Assembly: GCA_024679065.1 (NCBI GenBank)
Contig: JAGIQG010000013.1
Location: 42,656,001-42,720,000 of the forward strand
Origin: Sphyrna mokarran
Lineage: Eukaryota
Direction of reading: 5' to 3'
Length of the DNA: 64,000 bases
The notes beneath the pieces were generated by a model that made no database searches, was not told where the DNA came from, and saw only the letters and a program-made list of their open reading frames with translations. The translations under genes and the position numbers were made by a program. Positions 12,730-24,745 of the stretch are shown here, one piece after another; position 1 is the first letter of the stretch; each line of letters starts with the position of its first letter.

Positions 12730-13140
12730 GCACCTTTCGCAAGTACAGATTATCTCAAAACAACCAATGAAATGCTTTTCAAACTGAAGTCACTGTTGCA
12801 ATGAAGAAATGCATTTGCACTCAGCAAATTCCCACAAACAGCTTTGTGACAATGACCGAATAACCTGCTTCGCTGAGTTGCTGATTGTGAGATAAGTATT
12901 GACCAGGAAAATGGGGTCATTCTCCAGTTCTTTATCAGAATAGTGCCACAGGATCTTTTACAGCAATCCAAACAGGCAGACTCGGCCATTTAGGAACATA
13001 GATGAATATCTCATCGGAATGATGGATGCTTCAACTGGAATGGTCCCTGGGTATTGAACTGGACTTGATCTTTGTGCTCAAAATCTGGAGTGGAAATTGA
13101 GTTAGAACCTTCAGACGTAACTGTTAACAAGTGAGCCATG
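12730..13140 (-). mobile_element. Old Deu-domain SINE (SacSINE1/AmnSINE1-like)
   Basis: gaatagtgccacaggatcttttac and cagcaaattcccacaaacagc resemble the Deu domain from memory; a reverse-oriented homologue lies at 31790-32540. Confidence 0.55.
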
Positions 13141-15639
13141 GCTGATGTTATTGTATTGGCTCCAAGTGCTGCTACCACTAATTCCTCATCCTGCCTCCAA
13201 CATGGGTGTACTAGTCATGAGGGACATTCCATTGAGTTTTTAAGTGGATGCAACAGCTGATCTTAGATCGAACACTGCAAAGTATTTGGAGACATTTAGT
13301 TTGTTCACATTTTGTGTTTCAACCAATCAAAATTTTCACTGTGAGTGCAGAATATTCTGATTGCTTCCGGGGATTCTGTCAAATGAGTTTTTCTTCAGGG
13401 AGATTCTTCTGTCATTTCCAATCAGAGAAAAAGGAGAAGCAGCAAAAGGAAAATTTTAAAACTGCAGAGAGGAATCCTTGTGATACTTTCTAAACAATGT
13501 GAATACACTTCGGACAACATGGGAGAGATTGGGCTTCCAAGATCTTGTATGATGGACAGGAGGGTTTGATGGAAGAGTTAGAAAGTAAGAGAGAGCTCCG
13601 ATATTCACAGGGAACTAGGAGTCTATACTCAATCGGCAATATGAATAGATAGCTGGGAGGCGGGGGTGGGGGTGGGGGGGTGGTCAATGCCAGGTGTCAA
13701 GTCTCTAACCCTGGATACAGTGTCATTAGATGTTTAATAATATTGCATCAATGGTTAACATCAGAGAATACTGTACCCTTTCCAAATACTGGCCTGCTCA
13801 CCTCAGACATAAATAACCACCTAATAACAATCAACACTCATATCTAACAGTGAAATATTTCATTTTTCACTTCTATGCTTACCATTGCAGCAAATCTCAT
13901 GCCACAGCTCAGAGTGTGCATGCATTTTCAAACTTGATAACCATATTAGTCAAAGAGGTTGGCTATCAATCATTTATATATTTCCCACCCTCCTGCAGGA
14001 TAGGGAAGTGCATACTTGAAGGCAACAGGAACCAAACAGAAAAAGGGACAAGAATTTCCTAACTTCCATGGAGAGATAATACTGGGATGGCTATTGTTAA
14101 GGTTGTGTTCAGTGATGGAACTGACACAATAGAAGGTGATAGTATCCTCAGATTTAATTCTCTTTCTCACACCTTTCTCCCTGTCCAGCCCACACTCCCT
14201 TCTGACTTAAAATCTACAGACGGTGTAGGCATGTAGTTCTTGTTTTCACCCAGTCCCCACCACTCATCCCTGTACTATCATTTTACATTTATGCTATTTT
14301 TCATCTTAGATGTCCTAGAGGTTTAAGCATTCCAGGAGCGGATGAACACCAAGATAGAATAATGGTGAGGATACAACATTCTCTCTGGATTTTACACTCA
14401 CAGCCACCAGCTCAGAAGACAGATTAGGGGCAGGACCTGCACTCAGTGTGAGACACTGGGCATGAGTAGGGTGCAGAAAAGACAGGGAAAGGTTAGGAGA
14501 GGTGCCAGATTGCCATAAAATATAGTTCCAAAAGACTCAGATAAGCATTTCAATGGGGCAATCTACAGAAGAGTGATAATGGGTATTCAAATTAAAATGC
14601 TGAGTGTAGAAGACTTGTCAGAAAGCCAATCTTCACTATCAAGGAGAACCAACTTGGCACAGTGATTCGCACAGAGTTTGGAAACCCTTCTTTCATCATC
14701 AAAGTGGTGGCAAACTCCATTGCAGTGTGTGATTGGTGAGGTCTCAGCTTCCGGTACAGCACAAATAACAGCCACCCAATGTTTAAGTGATGCAGATTGC
14801 TGTCATACAATCTCAGCTTGCTCCACTCTCAAATGTCCGTTATTGTGTCTGTGGATTACCATACACAGAGGGGCTATCAGGGAGTGCAATAATCCATTCT
14901 CCAACAGATAACTAGAATTGCTGAGGCTAAGTCCCATGGTAATGACAAGGAATGCAAATATGATGTCTGCCCTCTGGAAAACAGCATTCATGCTTTTACC
15001 ACTGCCAGTCTGTGATCTGTCATCCAGCCAGCCACTGTAGACAGCTGCTGCCATGCCAAGATGGTGCAGTCAAAAACCGGGCCTTCTAGCTGATTGAAGT
15101 AAAGACTATCTGTAATCTTCAGATTGAAGATCAGCAGTCTTCCATCAACTATGTTCCTGTCCTGAGATAGCAATGCCACGGAGCACTCGACCCAGGAAAG
15201 GCAAATGGAAGACAGGCATAAGGATGATTAATCGACTTTTGTATATAACATGGAATAATTTCGCACCAGTACTCCATTACATGTCACGTGCCAGTATTGC
15301 AAACCTATGCTCTTGAGCACAGATAGCACACTGGATCCAACAGCCACGTCATTAGCAGAGAGTTGTTATTATCTCTAGGCATCCTTTGGCATTGTGGCTG
15401 AAATGCTGCCAGCACAGTTGGCTGTCATACAATTAAGGCATCATGACTGCCAGAGCGTTATCAAGTATTAACCTGTATGATTCTCAGCTATGTAAACTTG
15501 GATATATACAGAGTGGAATCCATTTTATTTCTGATATAGAATGGAGGTGATGTCTAACCCCACACAAAGATGCGCATCCTGAACAAAGGAGATTCTAGAG
15601 ATACCACTTGCTTGTTTCTGGTAAGAGAGAATGAAACAT

Positions 15640-15700
15640 GAAAACAAAATACTGCAGATGCTGGAAATCTGAAATAAAAACAGAGTGCTTAAAATACTTT
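15640..15700 (-). mobile_element. Terminal fragment of the second Penelope-like family
   Basis: aaaatactgcagatgctggaaatctgaaataaaaacagagtgct matches 43935-43995. Confidence 0.55.
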
Positions 15701-15702
15701 GC

Positions 15703-15945
15703 AATTAAGTTATTGTGAAAATCCTCTAGTCACCACACTATGGCATCTGTTTGACTACCATAAGGAGGCATTTAGCATGCCCAGTCAAACGAACCAGCAT
15801 ATCTTTTGGACTGAGGGAAGAAATTGGACCACCCGGAGGAAACCTAGGCAGGCTTAAGGAGAACGTGCACACTCCATGCAGACAGTAACCCAAGCCAGGA
15901 ATCAAACCCAAAATCCTGGCGCTGTGAGGCCACCATGCCGCCAGC
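15703..15945 (-). mobile_element. tRNA-derived V-SINE-like SINE
   Basis: Core gtgcacactccatgcagacagtaacccaagccaggaatcaaacc (reversed B-box and V-like domain). Confidence 0.85.
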
Positions 15946-16579
15946 AACAACTAGAGAATAAAAAACAAAACAGCAAGTAATCAATAAGTGGTTGGTGATT
16001 GCTTTAAAAAGAACTGGTGGAAATGGGGAAGTGGAGGAGTGGTGTTTCCTGCTTCTACTTCATGTTCAGCTGTGCAAAGTTGAGAGAGAGCATGATTGGA
16101 ACATTGAACTCCTAAGTGGCACTGGTGGCATCAAATTAGCATTATTCCAGCTGATGTTGTGTTCACTGAAGTAATTTCTTGCATGATATAGAGTTCCACA
16201 TAATCCACCTCAGAAGTGCATGCATGTATTAGCAGCACCAATTTGAAGCTGAATGTAATTGTAACACCCACAGTTAGGCACTGTGGCCCAATATTGTCAC
16301 CTGGAATCTCTTCACTATTGATAAAGCACCAAAGGATCTACTGATCAACTGATTAATGATGTTGGTTGTAGAAACAATGTGATACTAACATTTTCGGACA
16401 AATTGAGCTTGATATTCCAATGTGTGAAGAAATTTTGCCAATGCTTTGTTCTATACTTTCAAGGAAAGCAACTGGCTTCATTCAAAATGCTTTTCTTTAT
16501 GGAGCATTATTTCTAATTACATTTATACAAATTCTGAAAAAAATAAAAGACTGCCGGGGAAATATTTTCAGCCTTTTTT

Positions 16580-16915
16580 GGTGGCACAGTAGTACAGTTG
16601 TTAGCATTGCTGCTTCACAGCTCCACTGACCTGGGTTCGATTCCCGGCTTGGGCCATTGTCTATGTGGAGGTTGCACATTCTCCTTGTGTTTGCGTAGGT
16701 TTCCTTGGGGTGCTCCGGTTTCTCCCACAGTCCAAAGATATGCAGGTTAGATTGATTGCCTATGCTAAAATTGCCCCTTAATGTCCTGAGATGGTAGATA
16801 GAGGGTTTAGTGGGTAAATATGTAGGGATATGGGGTAGGGCCTGGGTGGGTTTATGGTCGGTGCAGACTCGATGGGCAAAATGGCCTCTTTCTGCTCTAT
16901 AGGGTTTCTATGGTT
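16580..16915 (+). mobile_element. Full-length HE1-like V-SINE with CR1-type tail
   Basis: A-box-like start, B-box gggttcgattccc, core gtctatgtggaggttgcacattctcc, tail ggcctctttctgctctatagggtttctatg. Confidence 0.9.
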
Positions 16916-18553
16916 CTTTCAGAACACATGGACCTAAATTCAACATATCTGTGCCAATTTTATAAGCTCAAAATGAGAACAACAATGGAACTTGGACAAT
17001 CAGTGCATGCGCCTGTTCACTGCTAAATTTGGCAGGGAAAGTTTGAGGTGAATCAGTTGCCTGAAATAAGCACAGGTCTTACTTCAATACATAAATGAAA
17101 CTCCTGCATTCATTCATGACATTGTTATTAAAAAATGCTGAAAGTAGCTGGGAATAAGTATTGCACATGCTTTGATTACATTTTCAGGCTCAATGGTGGT
17201 TAAACGGGCTTTTTTTAAAAGGACTGGTGAAGGCCATATATGAAACTGGCATGGATATCTTTTTAATGCAACTTAATTGGGAGTGAAAAGAAACAAGAGT
17301 GCTCCTCCTATCCTAATATTAAGACTGCTGCCCACCTCTGTCTTCCTTCACCAACATTTCCATCCCCTTCACTCAAATGTCTTTCCCAATGGACAAGTTG
17401 CAGTGGGGCATCTAACTGGTGTCCCTAAATGTCATTTGAGTGCACCTTGACAGTGCAACACTCAGATTGGGGTTAACTTCATAGGCCAGAACTTTTCATT
17501 GCTCTCCTGTGATGATTCCAACCAGGAAAATTACAGTCTTGGGCATTGATGGATTTAACTTCCACATTGTTTAACATTTTGCATCTAGAATTTCAAACTT
17601 TATGACACAAAATTAAAATTCTTCACTTTAAGTAATTGTTATATTTAAAATGTGTAGCAGATATGGGATAGTGATTCATTTTATCACTTCTGTGGCACAA
17701 ACAATTTGGATTTATAGAAAATGTTCTAGTTGCTTCATTGAGAGTGGAGAGAAAATAAATAATATAAAAGCAGGTCTTGAACAATGGAGGGAGAGTTTTA
17801 TCTCTGTCAACATGTGTTCTGGAAGTTCATTGAGAACTTCACTGAACAAGTTTGTGTGATGCTACTCTAAGTTATTGAACATTTTGTTAAGAGTCACCAG
17901 AAGGAAAGGAATACTTTGTCATAGACAACCTGATAGCACTTCTTGATCTGGAGAGGGAACTTGAAGAGGAAAGAAGGCCAGGCAGAGCTCCATGTTTAGC
18001 TATTGGAATTACAAGACATCCCCTTCTCCTTGGATCTACTCCCTCAGGGCCTCCAATGTTGAGTGCACATTGTCTCCATTGGTCTCTGAGGCATTCTGAA
18101 ACTTACTACCACGTGTCAGCCACTCCATTCCATAGCTTTATTGCAAATGGGGTTGTAGAACCCACATTTCCTGTTCCATGAAAATGTGTCTCATTGGCAT
18201 TTGAAGCCCTAAATTGCAACTGTCTCTGATTTAGCCTTGCCTTTGGGTAAGTTTAAATTATGGTAATCAGTGATTAAGACCACAATTGCCTGCGACAAAC
18301 AGATTTTCAAACAGAGATGTCTTATTAATGTTGCAACCATATAGGGCTTGTGTTTACTGTTTTGCAAAAGTTAACTCTGCTGTGTCCCATATATTTTGCA
18401 CATTACACAAATTTCTGTTCCTAGTTCCCAGACATTGCTTACTATTATATAAGATTTACAAGTGTTTCATTTACACATTTAATTCCATTGAAATTAAGGT
18501 ACTAAAATTCAGGCCTCAATGACCCAGGTTTTTTTTCTGAAATAGCAGCAAGG

Positions 18554-18640
18554 TAAGCAACTAATTGAAAGGAAACACTTCAAGCAAAGCTCTTAACCTA
18601 AGCAACTAATTGAAAGGAAACACTTCAAGCAAAGCTCTTA
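18554..18640. repeat. Direct tandem duplication, period 45 bp
   Basis: taagcaactaattgaaaggaaacacttcaagcaaagctctta occurs twice (42 bp identical), separated by acc. Confidence 0.95.
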
Positions 18641-18881
18641 TTCCAATATAAGGAATGGAGTTACTATTAAATTAAACATTGCACCAGATCTAATTTCAAA
18701 AGAGATAACAAAATTAAGAAATGCATATGAAAGTAAACAGTTTGCACCTGAAGTAATTTGTTTATGCCTGCGATTATTGGTAGCATGATGTAAAGATGCC
18801 AGCGTTGGATTGGGGTGGTAAGAACTCAGTAAGAATTTAGCAACACCAATTTTTAATCCAACCGATTTATTTGATAGTAAA

Positions 18882-18920
18882 TCCGTGAGCTTTCAACACT
18901 CTGTGTCTTCCTCAGGCAAA
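18882..18920 (-). ncRNA. Minimal hammerhead motif, one stem I pair lost
   Basis: Reverse complement: tttgc CTGAGGA a gacac aga gtgtt GAAA GC TC acgga. Confidence 0.7.
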
Positions 18921-19729
18921 TGCAGTGTTCTGGTCTACAATAGCACACATCAGCACAGACAGTCAGAGATTGCTGATTAGAATGCGAATCCTTACATTTA
19001 ACCTGCTAATCAAGTGTTAAAGTGGCTAACAATGTGTGTGAAGGGAATCCTGAGCATTGTTAGAGAATTGTGTATTTTCTCCAGACAGCACAGTAAGTGA
19101 GGTTTTTTGCTAACCCAGGCAAGTTACGGGGTTACAGATAGTGTGTCATGAAGCCAAGATCCCTGTTAAGACCGTCCTCATGTGTGCGGAGCTTGGCTAT
19201 CAGTCTCTGTTCAGCGATTCTGCGCTGTCGTGTATCACAAAAGCCCCCTTGAAGAACATTTACCCGCAGGTTGGAGGCCGAATGCCCATGACTGCTGAAG
19301 TGTTCGCCCACAGGAAGGGAACTGTTTTGCCTGGGGATTGTTGAGCGATGCTCATTCATCCGCTGTCGTAGTGTCTGCATGGTCTCCCCAATATACCATG
19401 CTTTGGGACATCCTTTCTTGCAACGTATTAGGTAGACAACGTTGGCCGAGTTGCAAGAGTATGTACCGTATGGACGGTCTTAACAGGGATCTTGGCTTCA
19501 TGACACATTATCTGTAACCCCCGTAACTTGCCTGGGTTAGCAAAAAACCTCACTTACTGTGCTGTCTGGAGAAAACACACAATTCTCCAACAATGCTCAG
19601 GATTCCCTTCATACACATTGTTCGCCACTTTAACACTTCAATAGCAGGTTAAATGTAAGGATTCGCATTCTAATCAGCAATCTCTGACTGTCTGTGCTGA
19701 TGTGTGCTATTGCAGACCAGAACACTGCA

Positions 19730-19768
19730 TTTGCCTGAGGAAGACACAGAGTGTTGAAAGCTCGCGGA
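19730..19768 (+). ncRNA. Minimal type-I hammerhead ribozyme motif
   Basis: tttgc CTGAGGA a gacac aga gtgtt GAAA GC TC gcgga; predicted cleavage after CUC at 19763. Confidence 0.82.
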
Positions 19769-20509
19769 TTTACTATCAAATAAATCAGTTGGATTAAAAA
19801 TTGGTGTTGCTAAATTCTTACTGAATTATTGGTAGCAACCAGTTTTACAGACTCAGATACCCTATCAAGAAGGGATCAAAAGATACAGGCTCTGGGGTAA
19901 CTGCTGCACAGACTCCATTGTAGCCCAGACATTTTGGTGAAATAAGTCACCCATTGTAAGGAAACATTGGGGGGCAATTTTACCATTTTGATACTAAGTG
20001 CGGAATCTGCATGCAATTCAGATCCGACTTGGAAACCTGTTCTCAGGAGCCCCCATACACATTTAGCCTGAAAAGAAATCACATGCTGAATTGTGCTGTG
20101 GGCAGGGCTTCTTATACTGTGATCATCAGAGCCTACAATTGCACATACACATTAAAAAAAAATTGAAAAGCGCTCTCCTGCAACATTCTACCTGGGCCAG
20201 TTTATACCTCTCCCTGGCCCACACAGACATTGCCCCATCCCTACAACATTACAGACCCATTTATCTATCCTACACAAGGTCTCTATCTCCTCTAGACTCT
20301 GATAGCTGAGTAACATCTCCCTCTCTCTCCTCTGTCCCCACCCTCTCCAGCAACACACCTGCTGGTGCTCACTTGCCTTCCCCTCCATGCTAACAAGCAA
20401 ACTGCAGGGAACTTGCTGGAATGCTCTGCCAAATTGCCTGCAGCTGGTCTGCCCTAACGAGAGGCAGCTTCATCAAGAATAGCTAGGCAGGCAGGCATTC
20501 CTGTGCAAA

Positions 20510-21080
20510 ATGAGCTCATGACTAGCTTCCTCATTTTCTGAGGGTGTAGCTGAGGTGAAGTAGTTTACACTCTTCCCCTCAGGAGAACCAGACCCAGGGG
20601 GGCTGATGGAAATTTGGCCTGGGAAGTAGTTGCCACATTGATCAGTATCAGGGTAATGCCCCTCCCCTCCCCACCCCTGAACAGTGATGTAGTACCCAAA
20701 AAAGAGTCAATGACATCATTGTGCAGCAAGGGTGAGTGCTGAACCCCATTTAGCACGTTCCCCCATATCTTCCCCAGATCCTCCCATCCCCAGCATGCTG
20801 CATGCTTCTATCTCCTGACCCTCAGCACCTCCTTCCTTTCTCCCCAGTGAGCCCTGTCATGTTTGTCCTCTAAGGACTACCACCTGATATTCTGCAGGAG
20901 TCACGCCACCATTTCTTTAATGGCTCCATTTGGCTCCACAGAAGAAGACTGAGCACAATACCATGAAAGGGTGAAGACAGGGGGTGATGAGCCACGCCTT
21001 TGGGTCCTCACCCCCTTTGAAGAGTAGCCACTGGAGTTCTTCAGAGGAGAGGAAATGCAGGCTGTCAATGACAACATGGT
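20510..21080 (+). pseudogene. Harbinger Myb/SANT-like DNA-binding gene remnant with an intron
   Basis: AWEVVATLI segment, gtgagt donor near 20732, then (with frameshift) KTEHNTHERVKTGGDEPRLWVLTPFEE. Confidence 0.6.
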
Positions 21081-21109
21081 GGGGCTGCTATCTAGACGTA
21101 AGTACCTGT

Positions 21110-21400
21110 CATTCCTATACTCACTTTGAAACAACTTCTCAACCTCATGAGTTTTGGGTACGAGGGGCAAGGTTTAAAGGAGATGTAGGAGGCATGTTTA
21201 TTTGCAAAGAGAGAGAGTAATTGTGCCTGGAACTCGCTACCAGGACAGGTCACAGAGGCAGATACGATAGTGACCTTTAACAGGCATCTCGCAGCTATTG
21301 AATGGGATGAGAATAGAGGCATATGAACCCCCGGAAGGGTAAGGGCAGACAGATGGGCAGTCTGATTGCCAGAGACTTGGAGGGCTGAAGGGCCTGGTCA
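21110..21400 (+). mobile_element. CR1 LINE 3' end
   Basis: gcaaggtttaaaggagatgta...tgcctggaactcgctacca...gggctgaagggcctg, a typical CR1 3' region. Confidence 0.8.
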
Positions 21401-21799
21401 TGTAATATAATTTTGTTGGTGCTTTGTTCTACGTTCAATGTAGAAATGTGATTTATATGTTTGTCATCCCGGATTCCTCTCCTTCCTTGCAATTAATCTG
21501 GGGCCTGATTTCACCATTTTCATTCTAAGTGCTGAATCTGGGCACAATTCAGATCTGACTTGGAAATCTGTTCCCAGGCACCCCTATATGCACTTAACCT
21601 GAAAAAAAATTGCAAGTCTGAATCATGTTGGGAGGGACTTCGCACACTCGAAACGATTGGAGCTCTGAACTGCGCGTGCGCAGTGAGGAAAACAAAATTG
21701 TCTGTGTCACATTGCTCTTGAGCCACAGAAAGTAAAGAAAGCAGCCCAGGAGCAAAAAGCAGGAGGGATGGTCCCCATGAACCCCTTTATCCACCCACT

Positions 21800-22225
21800 T
21801 GGTGAATGTTCTCCAAGGCGGCCTTCATGACATACGAGAGCGCAAAGTTGCTGAGGCTGATAGCCAAGTTTTGCACACATGATGAAAGTCTCAACCGGGA
21901 TCTTGGGTTCATGTTACACTATCTGTAACCTCCATGACTTGCCTGAACTTGCACCTTCTCACTTCCTGTCCTGACTGAAGACAATCACATCTCTTTAACC
22001 TATGTTTAATGCTGTGTCCACTCACATTGTCTGCACCTTTAAGACTTGATTAGCTGTAAAGACTCACATTCTAATCAGTATTCTGTAAACTGTGTGTGCC
22101 TTTAAATGCTCTGTTTCTGATCAGAACTTTCCATTCACCTGACGAAGGAACAGCGTTCCGAAAGCTTGTGGGTTTACTACCAAATAAACTTGGACTTTAA
22201 CCTGGCGTTGTGAGACTTCTTACTG
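21800..22225 (+). mobile_element. Penelope-like 3' fragment (pseudo-LTR)
   Basis: Encodes ...SLNRDLGFMLHYL* and ends gtgagacttcttact like the other copies. Confidence 0.9.
22134..22172 (+). ncRNA. Minimal type-I hammerhead ribozyme motif (best-formed copy)
   Basis: ttcac CTGACGA a ggaac agc gttcc GAAA GC TT gtggg; perfect 5 bp stem II. Confidence 0.85.
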
Positions 22226-23519
22226 CAGGGGAACCTCGCCATGAGCGACAGGCTCCAAGCAATAGCCGAGTCACAGCAGGCCACTGCAGAGTCCCCACAG
22301 AGCTGTGGCTGAGTCACAGCAGACTACAACTGAAGACCTGAACAGGCTTCCTGAGATTCTGCGACCCATGGCTGAGAGATTCGGGAGTTTGCAGGAGACT
22401 CAGTAGGACAGCACTGAGACACAGAAGGTTATGGCAGCAGCCCTTGAGAACGTGGTCCAGTCTCAGAGGGTACTTGCTACAGCCATTGAGACATGGCCCC
22501 AATTAGAGAGGCCATTGCAGAGGGCTCAACCTCTGCCATGCATAGGACACAGGTGGTCCTCCGGGACTGGCAGTACCAGGTGATTCAGGAACTTCTTGAG
22601 CTCACTGCAGAAGCACCACTCTCCTTTGGAGTGACCCACAGGCCAACAAAGCCTCAAGGGAGAAAGGAGGGCCTGAGACCAGGCCGGCACCTTCCAATCA
22701 GGAGACTCTTCCCTTCCTGACACCGGGACACCTCGGGGGCAGTGGGATGAAGAGGATATCATGGAAACATCCCAGACACCTGGAAGCAGGCCAGAGCCCT
22801 CAAGGTTCAGAGCCTCCAGAAGATGCCTGCCATGTGCATCACAGGCAATGGGGCAAGGTCAGCAGTTGGCCTCCTCTACATCCAATGTATATTCTGGGGA
22901 GTCACTGACGCTTAATGGAGTCACTGAGGTGTAGAGATAGGCCATATAAGGTTAGGAAGTTGTAGTTTTAGTTGTAAGATGACATGGATAAAGGACTGCG
23001 CTAGTTAGAAAGAAATGTAAGCATGTTAATGTTTTCTGTTCACAAGTTTTAATGTCACAACAGCTTATCTAAACACCTTTATTGTAAATAAATGTTTTTT
23101 CAACACCCACCTGCAAATAAGTTGTCTTGATTATGATTCCTACTCCGTTGACAATCACCTGATGGATGTCTCATGGTGATATCAATTGGGATGGCCCCTC
23201 AGTGCAGTGTTAGTGAGAAAAGGAAACCATTGGTTTCATGATTCCTTCTTGCCCTCCACTCCACCCATCCCAGAGCCCTGTATAAGGGTATCAGATCACA
23301 TACCCACTACACAGACAGGAACCCAGGTGCCACCGTGCATGTGGAGCTTAGTTTGCACCAGGGCATCATCATAATAGTATTTAGCCAGTCACTGTCACCC
23401 TCCTGCCTGCCAAAAAACATACTAACACAGAGTACCCAAGCCCATCACTCTAGTGTGTCAATGTTGCTGGATATAAGAAAACATTGGGAGGAGGAGAGGG
23501 GCAATGAAACCCACATTCA

Positions 23520-24020
23520 TTATCCCTTAGCGGCTGAACTGCCTGTATATCGGGACCTCCCTTACAGCCCTCATGTGCCTCAGTTGAGATGTCAGCCCTC
23601 CATTTTCTGGCTGGTGTTCTAAAGCATTTTCTCCCTCCTCTTCCTTCTTCTCCATGTGTTCTTCCTCCTCCAAGAAGTCACGGTGCTGCAGAGTCAGGTT
23701 GTGCAAGGCACAGCACACCACCATACAGAAGGAGATCAGGAGGTTACACTGGAGGGCCCCTCCAGAGCAGTCCAGGCATCGGAATTGCATCTTAACAAGT
23801 CCAATGCACCCCTCCATTATTGCATGGTGACTACATGGGTCTCATTATAGCGGGTCTCCATCTCAGAAATAGGCCTCCACACAGACATCATCAGCCTTTT
23901 CCAAAACGGGTAACTTATATCACCCAGGAGCCACTCCTGCTCCTTGAATGCCTCCAGGATGTCTGAGCTCCTGGCAATGAAGCTGTTACACATGCTGACT
24001 GTCTAGTGCAGATGGTCATG
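23520..24020 (-). pseudogene. Harbinger DDE transposase (HARBI1 family) C-terminal remnant
   Basis: WLLGDISYP...RYNETH...EGCIGLVKMQFRCLDCSGGALQ...CCALHNL followed by an acidic tail. Confidence 0.88.
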
Positions 24021-24399
24021 TTATGGTACCACTCAGTTCTGATTGCAGTCATTTTTGGGCCTCAATAAACTGGGAATTTGCACGAATGCAGGCATGGACC
24101 ACATTATTTCCTCACACCCAACTTTACCACATTTTCATACCCAAAAACAGGCGTGATGCAATGGTAAAACTGAGCCCGTGTAGTCAATCTCTAGCAAAAA
24201 CTTCACACTGCCAGTTCCTCCTCACCTTCGTCATCTACAACTTCAAAGATAAGTAAAGTTTTGCTGGTATTTACAATTATGGTGAGAGTGACTTTAGTTG
24301 CTTTGAGCTTTGTCTTACTCAAGACAAATTACTCCACCACTGGTGGCCATGCCTTCAGAAGCCAAGATCCTAAGCTCTAGAATTGCTTGTTAAGGCCAT

Positions 24400-24745
24400 A
24401 ATACCATAAGATGTAGGAGCAGAAGTCGGCCATTTGGCCATTAGGTTGGCTCCACTGTTCATTGAGTCCATAACTGATCTGATAAAATTCTCAACTCCAC
24501 TTTCCCATCTTATCCTTGCAATCTGTGATTTCCTTACAGTCTATCTCAGCTTTGAACATAGTTGATGAGTGAACTTGTAAAACTCTCTGTGGTAAAGAAT
24601 TCAACTTATTCATTACCCTCTGAGAGAAGAAATTCCTCCTCATCTCTGTCTTAAATAAGTGATCTATTGCTTTGAGATTATGCCCTCTGGTCCCAGACTC
24701 TCCACAAAGAGAAACAATCTCTCAGCATCTACTCTGGAAATCCTG
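24400..24745 (-). mobile_element. CR1 LINE 3' end
   Basis: cataagatgtaggagcagaagtcggccattt...gaagaaattcctcctcatctc, a reversed CR1 3' region. Confidence 0.85.

Larger units (their letters stand above)
18786..19824 (-). mobile_element. Young truncated Penelope-like element with ~352 bp inverted pseudo-LTRs and a 13 bp TSD
   Basis: ORF 19132..19380(-) is the GIY-YIG C-terminus (RMNEH...GEHF...DGLNRDLGF); arms 18826-19177 and 19472-19824 differ at about 11 positions; attattggtagca at 18773-18785 and 19825-19837. Confidence 0.95.
19970..24177. mobile_element. Decayed two-gene PIF/Harbinger transposon with nested insertions
   Basis: TIRs gggggcaattttaccatt and aatggtaaaactgagccc (15/18 match); Myb/SANT-like remnants on +, HARBI1-type nuclease remnant on -. 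Confidence 0.8.

Noticed and set aside
14300-15300. Cluster of short ORFs as a possible host gene
   Set aside because: No consistent frame or splice pattern; more likely decayed transposon sequence, which I could not classify firmly
16580-16660. tRNA genes suggested by A- and B-box motifs here and in similar copies
   Set aside because: They are SINE heads followed by SINE core and LINE-type tails; no full cloverleaf
18554-18640. CRISPR-like repeat
   Set aside because: Only two units, a 3 bp gap instead of a spacer, eukaryotic context and no cas genes
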